This document shows positions 9,097 through 11,609 of a stretch of DNA of 11,609 nucleotides, piece after piece. Made by a program: the position numbers and the translations under genes. The DNA comes from Fusobacteriota bacterium (GTDB taxonomy: Bacteria; Fusobacteriota; Fusobacteriia; Fusobacteriales; JBNJFI01), in the NCBI GenBank assembly GCA_051746725.1, contig JBNJFI010000066.1, positions 1 through 11,609 of the forward strand, in the 5' to 3' direction. The notes beneath the pieces are model-generated. The model was not told the origin of the DNA. It saw nothing but the letters and a program-made list of their open reading frames with translations, and did not search any database. Position 1 is the first letter of the stretch; the number at the start of each line of letters is the position of its first letter.

Positions 9097-9164
9097 AATA
9101 AAGGATAGTGAAGAAAAAGAGCAAATTCTTTTGGCACTACCTATAATTTAATGGAGAGGAAGTT

Positions 9165-10286
9165 ATGAAAAAATTTAGATTAATAGCAACATCAACGTTT
9201 GGACTAGAAGGAATTGTCAAAAAAGAGTTAAAAAGATTAGGATATAAAAATTTGGAGGTTTCAAATGGTAAGGTTGAATTTGATGGAACTGCAATAGATA
9301 TTTGCCGAGCGAATATTTGGTTAAGGTGTGCGGATAGAGTTTTATTAAAAATGGGAGAGTTTAAGGCTAGGAGTTTTGAACAATTATTTGAAAGAACTAA
9401 AAAATTGCCTTGGGATGAAATATTACCGAAAGATGCAGAGTTTCCAGTTTCAAAGATATCTTCTGTAAAATCAAAACTATACAGTAAATCCGATTCGCAG
9501 GCGATAGTCAAAAAAGCGATAGTTGAAAAGATGAAGGAGAAATATAATGCAGATTGGTTTGAAGAAACTGGAGATAAATATACAATAAATGTAAAGATAT
9601 TAAAAGATATAGTTACAATTAGTTTAGATACCAGTGGAGAGGGGCTTCATAAAAGGGGATATCGAAAAGATGGATTTCGAGCACCTATAAAGGAAACATT
9701 AGCTGCTGCTTTAGCACAAATAAGTAAGTGGAATGAATATAAACCTCTTATTGATCCAATGTGCGGAACAGGAACTATATTAATTGAAGCTGCTATGATA
9801 GCTAAAAATATGGCTCCAGGTTCAAATAGGCGTTTCGCTGCTGAAGAGTGGGGAATAATACCTGATGAGGCTTGGGTAGAGGCTAGAGATGAGGCATATT
9901 CACAGGAGAAGGAGACTGATTGCTATATATTGGGAATGGACGTTGATAGAAAGGCTTTAGAGATTGCTAGGGAGAATGCTGAACTGGCAATGGTAGATGA
10001 TGTTATAAAATTTGAAAAAGGAAATGCTAGATATTTGAAATCGGATAAGAAACGTGGAGTTATTATAACTAATCCACCTTATGGAGATCGACTTTCAAAT
10101 AAAGAGCAAGTTGATAGCTTATATAAAGATTTAGGGACACAGTGGAAGAGAAAATTACCTACTTGGAAATACTATGTTATAACCCCTAATGAAGAGTTTG
10201 AGAAGTTGTTTGGCAAAAAAGCGGATAAGAATCGGAAGCTTTATAATGGTAGGATTAAATGCTATTTGTATCAATATTATAAGTAG
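9165..10286 (+). CDS. rlmL: THUMP-domain class I SAM-dependent RNA methyltransferase (stand-alone RlmL/YpsC-like, probable 23S rRNA m2G2445 methyltransferase)
   Basis: 373 aa with FGLEGIV..EL, ANIWLRCADRV, DTSGEGLHKRGYR, APIKETLAA, SAM motif DPMCGTGTILIEAA, catalytic NPPYG and RKLYNG. No fused RlmK half. Confidence 0.85.
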   Translation: MKKFRLIATSTFGLEGIVKKELKRLGYKNLEVSNGKVEFDGTAIDICRANIWLRCADRVLLKMGEFKARSFEQLFERTKKLPWDEILPKDAEFPVSKISSVKSKLYSKSDSQAIVKKAIVEKMKEKYNADWFEETGDKYTINVKILKDIVTISLDTSGEGLHKRGYRKDGFRAPIKETLAAALAQISKWNEYKPLIDPMCGTGTILIEAAMIAKNMAPGSNRRFAAEEWGIIPDEAWVEARDEAYSQEKETDCYILGMDVDRKALEIARENAELAMVDDVIKFEKGNARYLKSDKKRGVIITNPPYGDRLSNKEQVDSLYKDLGTQWKRKLPTWKYYVITPNEEFEKLFGKKADKNRKLYNGRIKCYLYQYYK

Positions 10287-10305
10287 AAATTAATTTCTAA
10301 AAAAC

Positions 10306-10340
10306 TTGAAATTGACTTATAAATATAGTACTATTATAGT
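10306..10340 (+). promoter_or_regulatory. Two overlapping sigma70-type promoter candidates facing the integrase
   Basis: TTGACT (10312-10317)-17 bp-TATAGT (10335-10340) and TTGAAA (10306-10311)-17 bp-TACTAT (10329-10334). The AT-rich background lowers specificity. Confidence 0.55.
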
Positions 10341-10384
10341 AATAAGATTAAAAATACATAATTTAAAGTTAATATTTATTCTTT

Positions 10385-10448
10385 GAGATGGGGAACCTTT
10401 ATTTTAAAGGTTCAATTGGGTATATATGGAATCTATCCCTTCTTTTTA
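10385..10448 (+). other. Structured non-coding segment (hairpin, possible enclosing stem, U-tract); candidate cis-regulatory RNA or attenuator
   Basis: Perfect 9-bp stem GAACCTTTA-TTT-TAAAGGTTC (10393-10413). GAGATGGGG (10385-10393) can pair imperfectly with TCCCTTCTT (10436-10444). The segment ends in TTCTTTTT. Confidence 0.35.
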
Positions 10449-10484
10449 TCAAATAGAATATATAATATCTATGTCAGAAATTAC

Positions 10485-10522
10485 GCCCCCCACCTCAGTC
10501 CTCCCCCTGGCAGGGGAGGAAG
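10485..10522. repeat. GC-rich REP-like palindromic element
   Basis: GCCCCCCACCTCAGTCCTCCCCCTGGCAGGGGAGGAAG is sharply GC-rich against the AT-rich background. It contains an 8-bp stem TCCTCCCC (10499-10506) / GGGGAGGA (10513-10520) with a 6-nt loop. Only one copy is in the window, so the repeat status is inferred. Confidence 0.5.
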
Positions 10523-10581
10523 CCAATAAAGTCTTGATTAAACAGATGTAGAACTTAATGATAATTAAAATGGGGGGAGTT

Positions 10582-11609
10582 ATGAGATATAAAAAAGTTA
10601 CATATAAGGGACAAAAGAGAATCTTTGTTTATTTTGAATATAATGAAAAAATTATTGAAAAAATCAAGTCTATACCTGGAAGACGCTGGAGTCCTACTAA
10701 GAAGTGCTGGCATATTCCAGATAATAAGAAGTCTTTAAAATTAGTTAATAAAATCTTTAATGAGGATACCAATAAAAAAACGAATAGTTATATCAAAAAA
10801 TTTCAAAAGACTTTAAAGGTTCAGAGATATAGCCCCAAAACAATAAAAGCATATTCAGGACACTTAACAAGGTTTTTATCCTACACTAAAAAATCAAATT
10901 ATGATAAAATAACTAATAATGATGTTAAAAGTTACTTAGAATATGTTGTAATTAACAAGAAAAGATCTGATTCCTATCAGAATCAAGTTATAAATGCTAT
11001 AAAGGGTTTTTATAAAAGAATATTAAATAGACAGATTGATGTAAAAAAGATAAAAAGACCTAGAAGATCAAAAAAGTTACCAACTGTATTATCTAAGAAA
11101 GAAGTAAAAAAATTAATAAACTCTGTTAAAAATTTGAAACATAAAACTATAATTAGTCTAATTTATTCAGGTGGACTAAGGATAAGTGAAGTAGTAAATT
11201 TAAAAATAAGGGATATAGATTCAGATAAGATGATAATAAATATACGTGGTGGTAAGGGCAAAAAAGATAGAATTGTTGGGTTATCAAATAATTTACTAGA
11301 GTTATTGCGAGAATATTATAAACAATATTCTCCATCTAAATATCTCTTTAATGGGCAGGGAGAAAAGAATAAATACTCAACGCGGAGTATACAAAAGTTT
11401 TTTAAAAAATATAAAAATAAAGCAGGAATAAAAAAGAAGGCAACAGTCCACACATTAAGACATAGTTATGCGACTCACCTTTTAGAATCAGGAGTTGATC
11501 TAAGAGTTATACAAGAGTTATTAGGACATAAGTCTTCTAAGACAACAGAAATTTATACACATGTAAGTAATAAATTGATCAAAAAAGTGGTTAATCCACT
11601 TGATAATTT
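10582..11609 (+). CDS. Tyrosine recombinase/integrase (integron-integrase-like, lacking the IntI insertion) with an N-terminal HARP-like domain; stop codon lies beyond the window
   Basis: Translated by hand; absent from the ORF track because it has no stop in the window. Open for 342 codons: MRYKKVTYKGQKRIFVYFEYNEKIIEKIKSIPGRRWSPTKKCWHIP...QRYSPKTIKAY...SDSYQNQVINAIKGFY...RPRRSKKLPTVLS...YSGGLRISE (R200)...RGGKGKKDR (K225)...HTLRHSYATHLLE (H290, R293)...IQELLGH (H316)KSSKTTEIYTHV (Y325)...NPLDN. RBS GGGGAG lies just upstream. In-frame ATGs also occur at 10558 and 10570. Confidence 0.93.
   Translation, partial: MRYKKVTYKGQKRIFVYFEYNEKIIEKIKSIPGRRWSPTKKCWHIPDNKKSLKLVNKIFNEDTNKKTNSYIKKFQKTLKVQRYSPKTIKAYSGHLTRFLSYTKKSNYDKITNNDVKSYLEYVVINKKRSDSYQNQVINAIKGFYKRILNRQIDVKKIKRPRRSKKLPTVLSKKEVKKLINSVKNLKHKTIISLIYSGGLRISEVVNLKIRDIDSDKMIINIRGGKGKKDRIVGLSNNLLELLREYYKQYSPSKYLFNGQGEKNKYSTRSIQKFFKKYKNKAGIKKKATVHTLRHSYATHLLESGVDLRVIQELLGHKSSKTTEIYTHVSNKLIKKVVNPLDN

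Noticed and set aside
9027..9120. CRISPR array or riboswitch in the repeat-containing spacer
   Set aside because: The units are 7-bp tandem repeats with no unique spacers, no cas genes are present, and the purine-rich sequence cannot form stable stems.
10393..10413. GAAC...GTTC as a Gram-positive LexA (SOS) box
   Set aside because: The spacer is 13 bp rather than 4, so it is better explained as a hairpin. AAACAGATGTAG near 10540 is too degenerate to call.
10486..10500. CCCCCCACCTC as a duplicated tmRNA 3' end (attR of an ssrA-integrated island)
   Set aside because: Only CACCTC (6 bp) matches CCCGTCACCTCCACCA, and the intervening genes include housekeeping-type rlmL. Too weak to call an att site.
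10388..10551. Small ORFs MGNLYFKGSIGYIWNLSLLFIK (10388-10456) and MSEITPPTSVLPLAGEEANKVLIKQM (10471-10551) as leader peptides
   Set aside because: Neither has a convincing RBS, and both run through palindromic non-coding elements. They cannot be excluded without ribosome profiling.
10579..10590. GTTATGAGATAT at the integrase start as an attI/attC-like core site
   Set aside because: It does not fit GTTRRRY and has no nearby inverse core. GTTATGA also occurs at the rlmL start, so chance is likely. Revisit if downstream repeats end in a similar sequence.
686..11335. All minus-strand ORFs in the track (686-898, 2439-2687, 4497-4685, 5080-5283, 6201-6413, 6370-6774, 7444-7638, 8014-8298, 9137-9511, 11153-11335)
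   Set aside because: They are short, lie antisense to well-supported genes, have the biased composition of shadow ORFs, and show no recognisable motifs.
10582..11609. Calling the recombinase intI or xerC/xerD
   Set aside because: It lacks the IntI-specific insertion and no attC array is visible. The extra N-terminal domain and motif set differ from typical XerC/D, so no gene symbol is assigned.

Overview
AT-rich bacterial chromosomal window with all credible genes on the + strand. The protein sequences look Fusobacteriota- or anaerobic Firmicutes-like, which is an impression only. Gene order is: uracil/xanthine permease (uraA-like), terminator, rnr, smpB, ssrA (tmRNA, 3908-4264, tag (A)ENNNNNAYALAA), a large secreted FN3/starch-binding-module/FlgD-Ig protein with no visible catalytic domain, terminator, LarA-family racemase, TIGR00266/AIM24 protein, and a THUMP-domain rRNA methyltransferase (RlmL/YpsC-like). 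After a ~295 bp structured intergenic region, an ORF missing from the supplied track (10582 to beyond the window end) encodes a tyrosine recombinase with all catalytic residues. It is integron-integrase-like but lacks the IntI insertion and carries an extra N-terminal HARP-like domain. This integrase and its leader (tandem promoters, hairpins, and a GC-rich REP-like element complementary to the integrase RBS) are the best candidates for something new. Any cargo or cassette array would lie beyond the right edge, so it cannot be seen here.
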